Position numbers and translations under genes: made by a program
Notes under the pieces: generated by a model
Told to the model about the DNA's origin: nothing
Databases searched by the model: none
What the model saw: the letters and a program-made list of their open reading frames with translations, nothing else
In this document: in pieces, positions 37,679-51,342 of the stretch
Layout: each line of letters opens with the position of its first letter
Numbering within the stretch: the stretch's first letter is position 1
Source of the DNA: Octopus sinensis
Taxonomy: Eukaryota
Reading direction: 5' to 3'
NCBI RefSeq assembly: GCF_006345805.1
Contig: NC_043004.1
Span: 78,926,001 to 78,990,000 of the forward strand
DNA: 64,000 nucleotides

Positions 37679-38429
37679 CAGTAATCCTGATGAAAAATGC
37701 TTTGATGTCAGTTTACTTGAGAATAGATTCCTTTTCAATTCGTTGCAAAATAATTGCCTCTGATTTAAGAAGAAAGCTAAATGTTTTGAATGGAAGGGGT
37801 CAGTCGATTTTTATGGTCTTCACCTTGAACAAGGAAAATAAAAAGCTGATTCCTGCGGGATTTGTAACAAGGCAGCTTTCCGAGTCTCTGACGATCCTTT
37901 GTTCTTCTACATTGAATGAGAATATGGTGGTGCCTACCTTTCTCAAAACCTTTGACACGACCATTAAAATAATTGAATTAAATGATTGGTTTTAAACGGA
38001 AATTATAAACTGAGCATGAACGTTGCTTGCTGGGAAATTCACAGTGCTAACTACATGTAGAAATATGTGTGTGTGGTGTGTGTGTGTGTTTGTGCGTGTG
38101 TGTGTGTGTGTGTGTGTGTGCGTGTGCGAGTGTGGTGTATGTCTTTACTCACCACCACCATCACCACCACCACCACCACACACAACGATCGATTGCAGAT
38201 ATTGGTTTGGTTACGTCTCCGTAACTTACTATGTTGGCAAAAGACTCTGACAGAATAGGTACCACACATTTAAAAAAAACGTCGGGATCGGTATGTTCGG
38301 CTAAAACCGTTCAAGGTGGTGCTCCAGAATGGCCACTGTCCATTTACTGAAAAAAATAAAATAAAAGAGTAGAAGTGTAATCAATTAAATAAATGCTTTA
38401 TTTTCTCATTTTCCCGAGCGTCAAACTAA

Positions 38430-38490
<61 letters not shown>

Positions 38491-38566
38491 ATATATATAT
38501 GCATATATATATATGTGTATATATATGTATATATATATATGTATATATATATATGTATATATATAT

Positions 38567-38809
38567 GCGCCCTTTTAAAGTCTAGCCAGGCTCATGGGCC
38601 CGGTCTCCTGGTTTCTATGGCGTATGTGTTCCCCAGCTGGATGGGACGCCAGTCCATCACAGCGTTACTGATTTTTGCCTGCTGAGTGGAATGGAGCAAC
38701 GTGAAATGAAGTGTTTTGCTCAAGAACACAATGCGTCGCCAGATCCAGGAATCGAAACCACAATCTTACGATCTTGATGCTAACACCCTAACCACCAAGC
38801 CACGCGCCT

Positions 38810-38811
<2 letters not shown>
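38567..38811 (-). mobile_element. CORE-type tRNA SINE
   Basis: tRNA head plus gatggactggcgtcccatccag CORE-like motif. Confidence 0.75.
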
Positions 38812-38846
<35 letters not shown>

Positions 38847-39464
38847 ATATATATATACAGTATCTTATTTCTCTTATAAAATATTAATGCATCAAAAACT
38901 ATGATCGTGAATGAACTTTTTCCTCTAAACCAAACGCACATTTTGCTTCCGGAGTCGTTTCTTATTTTCGACAAATACGCAGGTACATCACATCCCAGTA
39001 TATTGCTCCCATGCGCAGGATTTAAACTTCTCCTAAGCTATCTCTTGATAAAATATACAGAAACATCACCTAGAAATTATTCTTCGTACTGACCTTGAAT
39101 CCAAACTCTCCCATATTTCTCTTCACTATTTATAGTTTATAGTCTCTGGAACTCCATATAACCTTATCTCACGTGACTAGCATCATTTCCCCCTTAGCAC
39201 CAATGCTCTATATCATTATTAAACTCCCACTCTCAACAGTTCATTTATTTGAAGCTGCATACGGTTGTTATTCCCTCTGCACACGAATCTTGCCATAGCA
39301 AATTACTACTCTTTCACCCCCATGTTAATTTCTTGATTTCGCCCACATAACCACCCAAGAGATACGTGATAACGAGATTTATTCCCTTTATTCAGGTTAA
39401 GAATTTAACTCGGCAAATTCCTGAAGTATTGCACTTCTAATCGTATTCTTATTATTAGAAGTTC

Positions 39465-39910
39465 TGAGGCGGCGAATAAGCAGATTCATTACTGCGACGA
39501 ACAAAATGTTCAGATGCATTTGTTCCGGCTTTACATTCTGGAATTAAATGACGCTGAGGTCCACTTTGCTGCCCAACATTCCGGGGTCGATAAATGAAGT
39601 ACCAATTGAGTACGGGGATCGATAATATCGACTAAAACCTTCTCCTAAAATTGCTGAGCTTGTGACGAAATTTGATACCGTTGTTATAAGTTCTAAGGCG
39701 CCGTTGTTGGTAGAAGCATTAACACGTCGGACAAATGCAGCGCGGCGTTTCTTTCGGCTCCATGGGTCCTGAGTTCAAATTTCGTCGAGGTTGACTTCAC
39801 TTTTTATCCTTTCGGGATTTACAAAATATGTACCAGTTGAGCACTGGGGTCGATGTAATCGACTAGTCCCCTCCTATAATATCACAAGTCATGTGCCAAT
39901 AATAGAAAGA
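39465..39910 (+). mobile_element. Two tandem older SINE S1 copies
   Basis: Each preceded by aagttct(g/a)aggcg (39459, 39688). Confidence 0.75.
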
Positions 39911-39911
39911 A

Positions 39912-40058
39912 GGTGTGTGGTAAGAAGCTTGCTTACGAACCACATGTTTCCTGGTTCAGTCCCACTGAGTGGCACCTTGGACAATTGTCTACTAGCATAG
40001 CCTCAGGCCGACCAAAGATTTGTGAGTGGATTTCGTAGACGGAAGCTGAAAGCCCGTC

Positions 40059-40115
<57 letters not shown>

Positions 40116-40285
40116 GTTTGCGTGTCTGTGTTTGTCCTCCCGCCGTCGCTTGACAACTGATGCTGGTGTGTTTATGTCCCCGTAACTTAGCAGTTCGGCA
40201 AAAGAGAACCGATAGAATAAGTACTTGACTAAAGAGGCGGTGCTCTAGCATGGTCGCAGTCAAATGACTGAAACCAGTAAAAGAG
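39912..40285 (+). mobile_element. SINE S2 with internal (TA)n
   Basis: Homology to S2. Confidence 0.85.
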
Positions 40286-40302
40286 TATTATACATACTAA
40301 GG

Positions 40303-40622
40303 CAGCGTGGCTTAGTGCTTAGGGAATTCGAAGCTCGATCATGAGATCACGTTTTCGATTCCCGGCTGCGCCTTGCCTCCTTGAGCAAGATACTTTATTT
40401 GTCATTGCATCAGTTCACTTAACTGGCAAAAATGAGTTGCAGCTGCAATTCAAAAGGGCCAGCCTTATCCCTTTCTGTGTCACGCTGAATCTTCCTGAGA
40501 GCTACGTTAATTGTACGCATGCCTGTCGAGTGCTCAATCACTTGCACATTACTTCCAAGAATAGGATGTTGTTCTGCAGATCGGATCAACTGGAACAATC
40601 ATCGTTGTAATCGACGGAGAGC
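40303..40622 (+). mobile_element. SINE with CORE-type head and S3 tail a
   Basis: Head like 38567-38811; tail caaaagggccagccttatc...cgacggag like 30655-30828. Confidence 0.7.
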
Positions 40623-40624
40623 AA

Positions 40625-40845
40625 GTGTAAGACAACAAGCTGATAGAATCGTTAAACGCGTCGAAAAAAAATTGCTCTGCGGTATTTCTTTCGGTTTTTC
40701 GCGGTCTGAATTCAAATTCCACCGAAATGCATTTTGTCTTTCAATCTCACGGGATCGATAAAATCCGCCTGTCGAGTACTGGGATCGAGGTAATCGACCG
40801 GCCCCTTCCTCTATAATTGCTACCCTTGTGCCAAAATTAGAATCA
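40625..40845 (+). mobile_element. Old SINE S1
   Basis: Homology to S1. Confidence 0.7.
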
Positions 40846-40939
40846 TCCTTACTATTATAAGTTTTTGAAAACATTGAGTTATGAAAGGGACACGTACGTA
40901 TGTGTTAAGACTTAGATACATTACAGCAGCATCGGAAGA

Positions 40940-41317
40940 GTGGAGGCCCAATGGCCCAATGGTTGGGGCAGCGAACTCGCGGTCGGAGGATCGCGGTGTC
41001 GATTCCCAGACCGGTCGTTGTGTGTGTTTATTGAACGAAAACACCTAAAGCTCCACAAGACTCCGGCAGGGGGTGGTGGCGACCCATGTTGTACTCTTTC
41101 GTTCCAACTTTCTCTCACTCTTTCTTCTTGCTTCTTGTCCCCGACTTCTTACGCAACCGCTGAGCCTGGATGCGCGTTCATCCATCCGTCGATGCTCTCG
41201 GTTTCGGGTATTGACCTGCTTTCCTCTTCTGCGGGTCTTACGAATAGCAAAGGACCACGTTTCGGACTTCTCCTATCTTGCGAGCTCTGGGACGAAGACC
41301 GTTCGCTCAACAGCAAT
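40940..41317 (+). mobile_element. SINE with S3 head and a third tail type
   Basis: 13-bp TSD agcagcatcggaa (40925-40937, 41318-41330). Confidence 0.8.
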
Positions 41318-41859
41318 AGCAGCATCGGAAATAATATCAGAAGCATTTTAAAGAGAAATATAAATAAGTAAAGACTGTTTTTGAAACATTGGTTGTAGAC
41401 ACCCGTCGTCCGAATTTGCGGAGTCTCTGATATCATCAACTGATTTATCTGCCCCTGGATTAAATTTTAAGATGCTGGATAGTTTATAGAGACGTGTACC
41501 CTTAACGTAATTTTCAGGCAGAAATCAACTTGACAGCAAAGGAAGGGATAAAGGTTATCCCATTCGAGCTACAATTATAACAATCTACCCAAAGAGCTAC
41601 TGTATCGTTTCCGTTTATCCACTTTCAATCACAGGGTGTGTATGTTAAACCAAAGGTTATAAGTGAGGTTATGGTTTCGATTCCTGGACCGGCCGACGCG
41701 TTGTGCTTTTAAGCAAAACACTTTATTTGACGTTGTTTCAGTCCACCCAGAAGGCGATAATGAGTAACCCCGCGACTTATTTGTGTCCCGTTCCGGTAGG
41801 AAATACATAAACCACGGAAACCTGAAAACCGGCCCTGTGAGTCTATGTAATCGGTAAGG

Positions 41860-42078
<219 letters not shown>

Positions 42079-42739
42079 AAAAGCGACAGGAAATAACATT
42101 TGGTCATGAAACCATGCGATGAGATCGAACACAGGACCTTGTGTTTGCCGAGAGAAGTTTTTAAACAGTCGATCAAGCTTCACCTACACCTAAACCATTA
42201 CATGTAATACAAAAAGCATGGCTTATCTTGAGCTTAGCTGGGGGAATTGAGATAAAGTATACAGATAAATATTTTAAGTTATATGAATGAATAACAGAAA
42301 TAATTTATGAATTGTTACCACTCGAATGGGAAGAAGAAAGGACCAGTCACGTATTTAATGCTGTTCGTTCATGAGTATGTTCGAGTGTGTGTGTATTGTG
42401 GGTGTGTGTGTGTATTGTGCGTGTGTGCGTGTGTGTATTGTGCATGTGTGTGTGTGCTTACATATGCATATGTATATAAATATATGTGTAAGTATACGCA
42501 TGTGTGAACGCACCCCGCCCACATATATGTGTATGTATAAATATATTTACAGATATTCATGTATGTATGTATGTATGTATGTATGTGTGTATGTATGTAT
42601 GTGTGTATGTATGTATGTATGTATGTATGTATGTATGTATGTATGTGTGTATGTATGTATGTATGTATGTATGTATGTATGTATGTATGTATGTATGTAT
42701 GTATGTATGTATGTATGTAGCTCTCTATCTATCTCTGTA

Positions 42740-42938
42740 TCTGGCAAAAATGAGTTGTACCTGTATTTCAAAGGGCTACCCTTGTAACATTCTATGTCAC
42801 TCTGAAAATTCATGAGAGCTACGTTAAGGGTACACGTGTCTGTGGAGTGCTCAGCCACTTGCACTTTAATTTCACGAGCAGGCTGTTCCGTTGATCAGTT
42901 CAACTGGAACCCTCCTCGTCGTAACCGACGGAGTGCCA
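42740..42938 (+). mobile_element. SINE S3 tail a, after (TATG)n 42560-42718
   Basis: Homology to 30640-30830. Confidence 0.8.
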
Positions 42939-42949
42939 CGATATATATA

Positions 42950-42987
<38 letters not shown>

Positions 42988-42990
<3 letters not shown>

Positions 42991-43305
42991 TGCAGGAGTG
43001 GCTGTTTGGTAAATAGCTTGCTTACCAACCATATGGTTCCGATTTTAGTGCCACTGGGTTGTACCTTGAGACGAAACTGAAAGAAACCTATCGTATATGC
43101 GTTTGTGTGTGTGTCTATGTTTATCCTCCCACCATTACTTGACAACCGACGTTAGTGTGTTTACATCCCCGTAGCTTGGTAGTTCGTCAAAAAGAGACCG
43201 ATAGAATAAGTACTAGACTTACAAAGAATAAGCCCTGGGGTCAATTTGTTCGACTAAAGCGGTGCTCCTGCGTGGCCACAGTCAAATGATTTTAACAGGT
43301 AAAAA
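42988..43305 (+). mobile_element. SINE S2, internally deleted
   Basis: Homology to S2. Confidence 0.8.
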
Positions 43306-43313
43306 TAATAAAA

Positions 43314-43359
<46 letters not shown>

Positions 43360-43535
43360 GTATACTTATATATAATATGCGTGTGTATATATATATATCC
43401 ATCACTGTACATATTTCTCCACACTATAGTTTTTAAAAAATTTTTGTGTGTATATATATTATATATATATATATATGTATGTATGTATGTACGTATGTAT
43501 GTATGTATGTATGTATGTATGTATGTATGTATGTA

Positions 43536-43576
<41 letters not shown>

Positions 43577-44748
43577 GTGTGTGTGTAAAAGAACGAGTCA
43601 GATAAATAGTCACAGAGATATAATAATGGCTCTTGGAATTCCACTCATTAGATATATAGGGGTTTACCACCATATATTCTTTCTTTGGGGTGTAAGATAC
43701 TACTAGCATCAGATATCAAACAAACTTCCTGTTGTAAAATATAAGCCTACACAATGATTTATATTTTCAAGCAGAATAATCTGTTGTATAATGCTCTGCA
43801 GATGGCTCTAACAACATAATTCCAATGTATATATGATATTCATAGCTTTTGTTCTGTGGTAAATTCTAGATGTTGCTTCTCTTGAAACGAGCAAGTCTCA
43901 TTTTCATGTACAGATTTACATTTTGCTTGATGGAATTTACTATTAGGAAGATTAACAGAAGCAATGTTAGATTTTGCATAATTGTGTATGATATATAATC
44001 ATACACACACCCTGTGCTACATATGTATATGTATGCATGTATTTTACCCTTTATTTTAGTTATTTAAATTCTTTCTGCAATGAAGGAGCCACTTTCGAAC
44101 AAAGAAAGAAAGATCTTTCGCTGGAATTTCGACTCTAAAAGCAATGTTATAACCTGAAATTTAGAAAAGTACTGAATGTTTATATGGTTCCGTTAAAAAT
44201 TATATTCTTAAAGTTCGCGTTAACTGGATGCTTTCAATGTTTAAAAGCTGTAGCTTTTCAAAATTTTTAAACAATATTATATTGTTATTTAAACATTTAT
44301 TCACGTAGCTAAAATAAGGGATAAAGATCTTTCCTGAATCATATAGAATCATAGAGCAGGTTTCCCCGTTTCTGTAGTTCGTATATTCCCCCATCTGGAC
44401 GGGACACCAGCTGGGGAATATAGGCGTAATAAGCAACATACTCCCTCCCACACAATTGCTGGCTTTGTGCTAAAATTTGAAATCAATATTACTGTAGTTA
44501 AGCGCTCAAATAGTTATATATAAATATGACCTGGGTAGAGAAGCTGCAAGTTTCGAAGTTGCTGTCCCTAAATGTTCTTCTTCTCACGGACTTTGGCAGA
44601 AACGATGACATCTGCAGGTAGCTAACATCTATGGTTGCGCATACATTTTATATCCCGCCCAAAAAACTATATCCGAGTAACGTGAAATAAAGCGTATTGC
44701 TCGAAGATACAACGAACCGTCGGGAATCGAACTCTCCAGCTGACAACT

Positions 44749-44972
44749 TATTTCTTTACTACCCACAAGGAGCTAAACATAAAGAGGACAAACAAGGACA
44801 GACAAACGGTTTAAGTCGATTACATCGACCCTAGTGCGTAACTGGTACTCAATTTATCGACCCCTAAAGGATGAAAGGCAAAGTCGACCTCGGCGGAATT
44901 TGAACTCAGAACGTGGCGGCAGACGAAATACGGCTACCCATTTCGCCCGGCGTGCTAACGTTCTGCCAGTTC
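44749..44972 (-). mobile_element. SINE S1 inserted into the head of an older tRNA SINE
   Basis: Flank duplication ctgacaac; host head continues at 44680-44745 and 44980-45022. Confidence 0.8.
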
Positions 44973-45310
44973 CCCAACTGACAACCGTGAGCCGAATACG
45001 CTAACCGCTAAGCCACGCGCCACAATGATAGGGCATTGTTTATTTAACCCAATGCAGTATTTCCTACGCATGGCTCTTTATATATTTTTTACAACATCCC
45101 GCCTCAGTGAAGTAGTGTCTTGTCATTTTGGGCAGCTTTTATTTCTAGCAAATCAATTTGCTGCTCAGAGTTTCCTATGTTGTCTACATTATTACGTTTT
45201 TGTTAGTGCTTATTAGTAAGTGCACGTCTCTGTGATCGTCAGTGTGTATATGTGAGTATGTATGTATGTATGTATGTGTGTATGTATGTATGTATGTATG
45301 TATGTGTATG

Positions 45311-45341
<31 letters not shown>

Positions 45342-45344
45342 TCT

Positions 45345-45590
45345 TTTACTAGTTTCAGTAATTTGACTGCGGCCAAGCTGGAGTGCCGCCTTTAGTCGAG
45401 TAAATCGACCCCGGAATTTATTCTTTGTAAGCCTAGTACTTATTCTATTGGTTCCTTTGCCAAACCAATAAGTTACGGGGACGTAAACACATCAGCATCG
45501 GTTTTCAAACGATGTTGGAGGGGACAAACACAGACACACAAACATATACACACACATACATATACATATACATACATATATATACATGCA

Positions 45591-45687
<97 letters not shown>

Positions 45688-45851
45688 CGACGGGTTTCTT
45701 TCAGTTTCCGTCTACCAAATCCACTCACAATGCTTTGATTGGCCCAAGGCTATAGTAGAAGACACTTGCCCAAAGTGTCACGCAGTGGGACTGAACCAGG
45801 AACCATGTGATTGGTAAGCAAAGTACTTACCACACAGTCAGTCCTGCGCCT
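45345..45851 (-). mobile_element. SINE S2 with long internal (CATA)n(TA)n
   Basis: Homology to S2. Confidence 0.9.
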
Positions 45852-45862
45852 ATATATACATG

Positions 45863-45929
<67 letters not shown>

Positions 45930-46352
45930 TGATTAATTATAGGATTTATTAGAATCTAGGCATATCAACATGTAGGACGCCAGTAATGGCTAGGTGCAAT
46001 AAAACAGGGTTCACAGTGAAGTAAAACAGGCTTCAAAAGTATCATGCTGGTAGAATACTGTAGATACGTAAGTACCAAATCCAGTTTAAAGTATACATCC
46101 GACTCATGGTTGGTTCAAGGTGCGGCGTGGGTATAAGACACAAATGTCTTATAGAAATTGGGAAATTGTATTCTTTATGCGCGCGCGTGACCGAATGTAC
46201 AGCAGTTCGAGTTGCCACTCGGAGGTTTCCACGTTGACTGGAGTATTACGTATTTTTTGTGTTTAGTGTATGGCTGAGTGGGTGTATGTGTGTGTATATG
46301 TGAGTGCACGTATGCAAGTGTCTGTGTGTGTATATTTGTGAATGTGTGTATG

Positions 46353-46426
<74 letters not shown>

Positions 46427-47200
46427 TATTTGTCTATGTGTTTATGTGTAAATGTGTATATTTATGAATGTTTGTATGTGTACATACGTGTGTAAATACT
46501 CATAGAAGATGAGAATAAGATAAGAGTTATGCTGACATGTGACCGGTTTGAGCTTGGATTGTCATAAAACAGTAAGTTTTACTGTCAGCGACCCAAGTCT
46601 GTGGCCCAGTCTAGATATCTGCTAAAGTAATTTTAGTTGAATAACGAAACTAAAGCTCTTGAGAAAGACAACGACTTCCTGTTTCCCCTAACGTTACCAA
46701 ATAGTTTTAATGTCTATAAAATTATTTTCGCCAAATCGGGAGCTTCTACTGTATCGCTAGACTTCCTCAGCTAGCAGTTATGCTCGACCATTTTTAAAAA
46801 AAGCAATAGAAGATAACGGATGATGTAATCGTGTATTAAGCAGTCCTAATAGAAAAGATGGGATGGTCACGGCTAGAGCAACTTTGATCATAAGTCTGCT
46901 GAATTTGGATATGCTTGTTGCTATAGAGCAATAACAACAAAATTTTCATTTAAGTGAAACATCAGTTTCAAAGTCCTGTCAGTATTTTCCTTTATAGCTG
47001 ACTATCGTTCTTACAAAGCCTTTCTTTTATATTTTATTTATATATCATTCTACATGCATAGATTTTATCCAACGTTGCTTGATGTGACTTCATTTAATTA
47101 ATTCCAGCTTGATCAAGCCTTTTGCACGCTTTTTCACTGTTTGTCGTTCTTATATAAGAGAACTGACGTTCCGATGGGGCTGTGAAGGACTAATCCGATA

Positions 47201-47509
47201 TTGTTTTGTTTGTTCCTTCTCGAGCCATGCCTGGCTCATAAGGGCCGGTTTCCCGGTTTCATGGCGTATAGGTTCCCCACCTGGACGGGACGCCGGTCTG
47301 TCGCATGGTGAGCTGCAAGATGCAGGAGGAAAGAGTGGGAGAAAGTTGTGGCGAAAGAGTCAGCAGAGGTTCGCCATTACCTTCTGCCGGAGCCGCGTGG
47401 AGCTTAGGTGTTTCACTCATAAACACACACATCGCCCGGTCTGAGATTCGAACCCGCGATCCCTCGACTGCGAGTCCGCTGCTCTAACCACAAGGCCATG
47501 TGCCTCCAC
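47201..47509 (-). mobile_element. SINE S4
   Basis: 9-bp TSD aatccgata (47192-47200, 47510-47518). Confidence 0.9.
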
Positions 47510-47957
47510 AATCCGATAATAGTGGTTGTTGGGGTATAACAACGCAGAAGCGCATGCGTCTCACGACCCGATCACGTTATTCATAGCACAAAATGTTTTC
47601 AGACATGTGGTCTGTGCGGAGAAATTTCTCCTGTTGTTATTTTTGCAGCGAAACGTCTTCCTAGGTACGAATGTATATAGACGTGTTAGATGTCAGTGTA
47701 CATGCATTTATTTGAATCAACTCTGCACTGTTTCAGGCGACTCTTATTTAATTAATTCTAGCTTCACCAAGCCAGAAAATTTACTGATTGCTCTTCTACG
47801 GTATCAGAACTATCGATCTGACTGAGCTGTGAAGGACAATTTCGATATTCGATATACGAAAGTGTTAGATATCACTGTACATGCATATATTTACATTATT
47901 CTTTATGACTAAGATATTTTTGATATTGTTGTTATTATAGTTGCTGTTGTTGTTGTT

Positions 47958-48393
47958 ATTATTATTATTATTCAGGTCATTGCCTGGAATCGAACTCGGA
48001 ATCTTGGGGTTTCAAAGTCCTGTCAGTATTTTCCTTTATGCTATATGCCCGTGGACAATTATGGAGTGAATTTTAGGGCTTATAAATCTAATATTTTCCT
48101 ATCCTTTCTTAATACCGGTTTCCCATATGCTGTTCATATCTGCACTCGGTCTGCTTAGGAGGTTGTTGTGTCTTAGCATATGTACTGCTTCTTTTAGTTT
48201 TCGTATTTTCCAGTGGTGTTCTCTGCCTATTATTTTAACTTCATCCCACAGAGGGAGGTGGTCTCCATTTTTCCATACATGATCAGCTATACCCAATTTA
48301 TCAATATCTTCTCGTGTCACAGCTTTGCGATGTTCGTCCACGCTAAGAATCCGAGTTCGATTCCAAGCAGTGACCTGAATAATAATAATAATG

Positions 48394-48432
<39 letters not shown>

Positions 48433-48595
48433 ACGACGACGACGACAACAACATAGAAAAATACCTTAGGAATGAGAACCCAATTTCGAAATTTCCTCAA
48501 GACAACTGATGAAGGCTGGATGGTATATCACCCTAAAAGTTGTGTTAACAACAAAATGAGGACAAATATCCGTCAAATCTAAATAATGTAAACAA
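47958..48595 (-). mobile_element. Penelope-like element 3' end (GIY-YIG C-terminus) between inverted terminal repeats
   Basis: HRKAV...GIADHVWKNGDHLPLWDEVKIIGREHHWKIRKLKEAVHM (48099-48342); inverted 47958-48006 / 48345-48393; CTGATGA motif at 48506. Confidence 0.7.
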
Positions 48596-49069
48596 TTGTT
48601 TATTGGGTTCTTTTTCCTTGGAAAATTATGATTTGTGCTACAAATATGTCTTTAAAATATTTTGTGATGTTGAATTATCTTCACTTCTCAGTGAAGGTAT
48701 CGAATTACATTCAAATAGCTTCGTTCATCAACGAATGCTGGTTGCTCGTCTATTATTTACTACAGCTTACTTATTTTCACATTCATCTAGTAGATTCTCT
48801 AATTTCTATCGTCTACTTCTCAAATATAACTTCGAGTCTTGTCACGTGACATGTACATTAGGTGAACTACCATGTTACGTAGATTAAATTTCCCTACATT
48901 TGCCATCCTAAGTCCTTGCTTTTTTTTTAATTTTCTTGCTTCTTTTTTACATTAGTTCTTTAATATTGTTCTCGTCAAGAATTTTCCGTTTGTTTTTTCC
49001 CTTCTCACTTCAGCATTATTCCAACTGCAGCATTGACGTTTGTGCGCGCGCGCACACACACACACATAT

Positions 49070-49233
49070 GAATGGCTGTGTGGTAAGTAGCTTGCTTACC
49101 AACCACATGGTTCCGGGTTCATTCCCACTGCATGGCACCTTGGGCAAGCGTCTTCTACTATAGCCTCGGGCTGACCAAAGCCTTGTGAGTGGATTTGGTA
49201 GACGGAAACTGAAGGAGGCCCGTCGTATATATG

Positions 49234-49315
<82 letters not shown>

Positions 49316-49545
49316 TGTGTGTGTAAGTATGTATGTATGTATGTTTGCGTCTGTGTTTGTTCCCCCAACATCGCTTGATAACTCATGGTGGTGTGTTTAC
49401 GTCCCCATACGTTAGCAGTTCGGCAAAACAGACCGAAGAATAAGTACTAGGCCTACAAAGAGTAAGTCCTGGAGTCGATTTGCTCGACTAAAGGCGGTGC
49501 TGCAGCATGGCCGCAGGCAAATGACTGAAACAATTACAAGGGTAA
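49070..49545 (+). mobile_element. SINE S2 with internal (TA)(TG)(TATG) microsatellite
   Basis: Homology to S2. Confidence 0.9.
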
Positions 49546-50149
49546 AAGATATATATATATATATACATACACATATGTATGTCTACACACACATGCGCTC
49601 GCGCGCATATATATGTATAAGTCAAGAGTGAAATATGAATGGATAGGACATTCCCATTGACAGACTTATCAACAGAAGCTGTCAAGCTAAAGATCATTTA
49701 TCAGCAACAAGTATATATTTCTTGCTGAATAAACATGCTTTAACTCTAATTCATTCAACCGGATGTACCTCGCCGTATTACAACAACAAACAAACATATC
49801 ACTAGTAACCACCCACCCCGCGCTATTTTAATGTACAGTTTGTTTATTTTTGCAGTTTACTTTTAATACTTGCAAAAAAATATTTAATGCTAAGTACGTA
49901 ATCTAATAGATTATGATTGTTAAAATGTCTGTGAGGAATCCAGTCTCCCATATGGAACACGCAGTTGGTGAAAACATTAAAACATCTAGAGAATAAGATA
50001 TGGCGACACACCGCTCTCCTACAGTTCTAATTTCTTATTTTATTTTATTAATGCATTTGTTATCCCCGGATCCGATTTGGTTTTACTTTTTAGTATGACT
50101 TTATCCTAATGGTTTCAGGACATTGTGGCGCAAAGGACTACGAAGTAGG

Positions 50150-50480
50150 AAAAGAAGAAGCTTAGAAGGTCAATAGGTGTCGATTCATATAAAGGTTAAC
50201 AGAATGAATATTATAGACCAGGGGAGAGCAAGATGATGGTAAGGAGTTCCGGTGAGCAGCAGTTCAAGGGGGAAAGCTATTGGTATAAAAAGACTTATAA
50301 TTAACCGGAAGCTTAACGGAGGAAAGATTTGTCTTGGAAAAGAAGCGGGTGACACGTTGAAAGGTGCTGACGGAGGGTAACAGATCAGGCTTTTCTGAGG
50401 GCCAATGTTTCCTTCTTTATTTAAGATGGTGTTGTGTTATGTGAGGGTATTTGTCTGCTAATTCTAGCAGGTAGAATGAC
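50150..50480 (-). mobile_element. Possible degenerate CR1/L2 3' coding remnant
   Basis: Minus translation ...YTNSFPP*TAAHRNSLP...YMNRHLL resembles LINE C-termini; weak. Confidence 0.35.
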
Positions 50481-50756
50481 TGCGTTGATGCTCATGTAGA
50501 AAAAAAAATGTTGTGAGTCCTGTACGAGCCACATAGTATATCAAAACAGATAAATAGGTTGTTTGATCTGCAAGAAGTAACAGCTATATCTTCTTCAAAT
50601 CAATTTCTACCGGAATGTTCTTTTGATTAGAAGTTTATTTGACGAGGTCTTACCTGGGGCTAAACAACAACGAATGAATTCAGGAGAAAATGTGTAAATG
50701 AAATATGGAACAGGTTTACGTGTGTCGGATTAGTTAAGAAAACCTAGTTGATACCC

Positions 50757-50934
50757 TTTTTATTTGTTTCAGTCATCAGACTGCGGCCATGCTGGGGCAC
50801 CGCCTCGAAGAATATTTTGTCGGGTGAATCAATCCCAGTACTTTAAGCATGGTACTTATTCTATTGGTCTCTTTAGTTGAACCGCTAAGCTAGGGGATGT
50901 AAACACACCAACACTGGCTATAAAGTGGTGGTGA

Positions 50935-50969
<35 letters not shown>

Positions 50970-51120
50970 ATATACGATGGGCTTTAGTATCCGTCCGCCA
51001 AATCCACTCACAAGGCTTTGGTCGGCCCAGGGTCATAGTAGAAGACATTCAAAGTGTCCCACAGTGGGACTGAACTTGGAACCATGTGGTTGGGAAGCAA
51101 GCTTCTTACCACGCTTGCAC
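50757..51120 (-). mobile_element. SINE S2
   Basis: Homology to S2. Confidence 0.85.
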
Positions 51121-51134
51121 CTATATTTATTTAT

Positions 51135-51342
51135 TTATTTATTTATTGCCCACAGGCGGCTAAACATAAAGGAAACAAGAGATTAAATCGGTTACATCGA
51201 CCCCAGTGCGTAACTGGTACTTAACCGATTCCGAAAGGATGAAAGGCAAAGTCGACCTCGGCGGAATTTGAACTCAGCACGGCAGACAAAATACTGCTAA
51301 ACATTTCGGCCGGCGTGCTAACGATCCTGCCAGCCCACCGCG
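51135..51342 (-). mobile_element. SINE S1
   Basis: Homology to S1. Confidence 0.85.
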
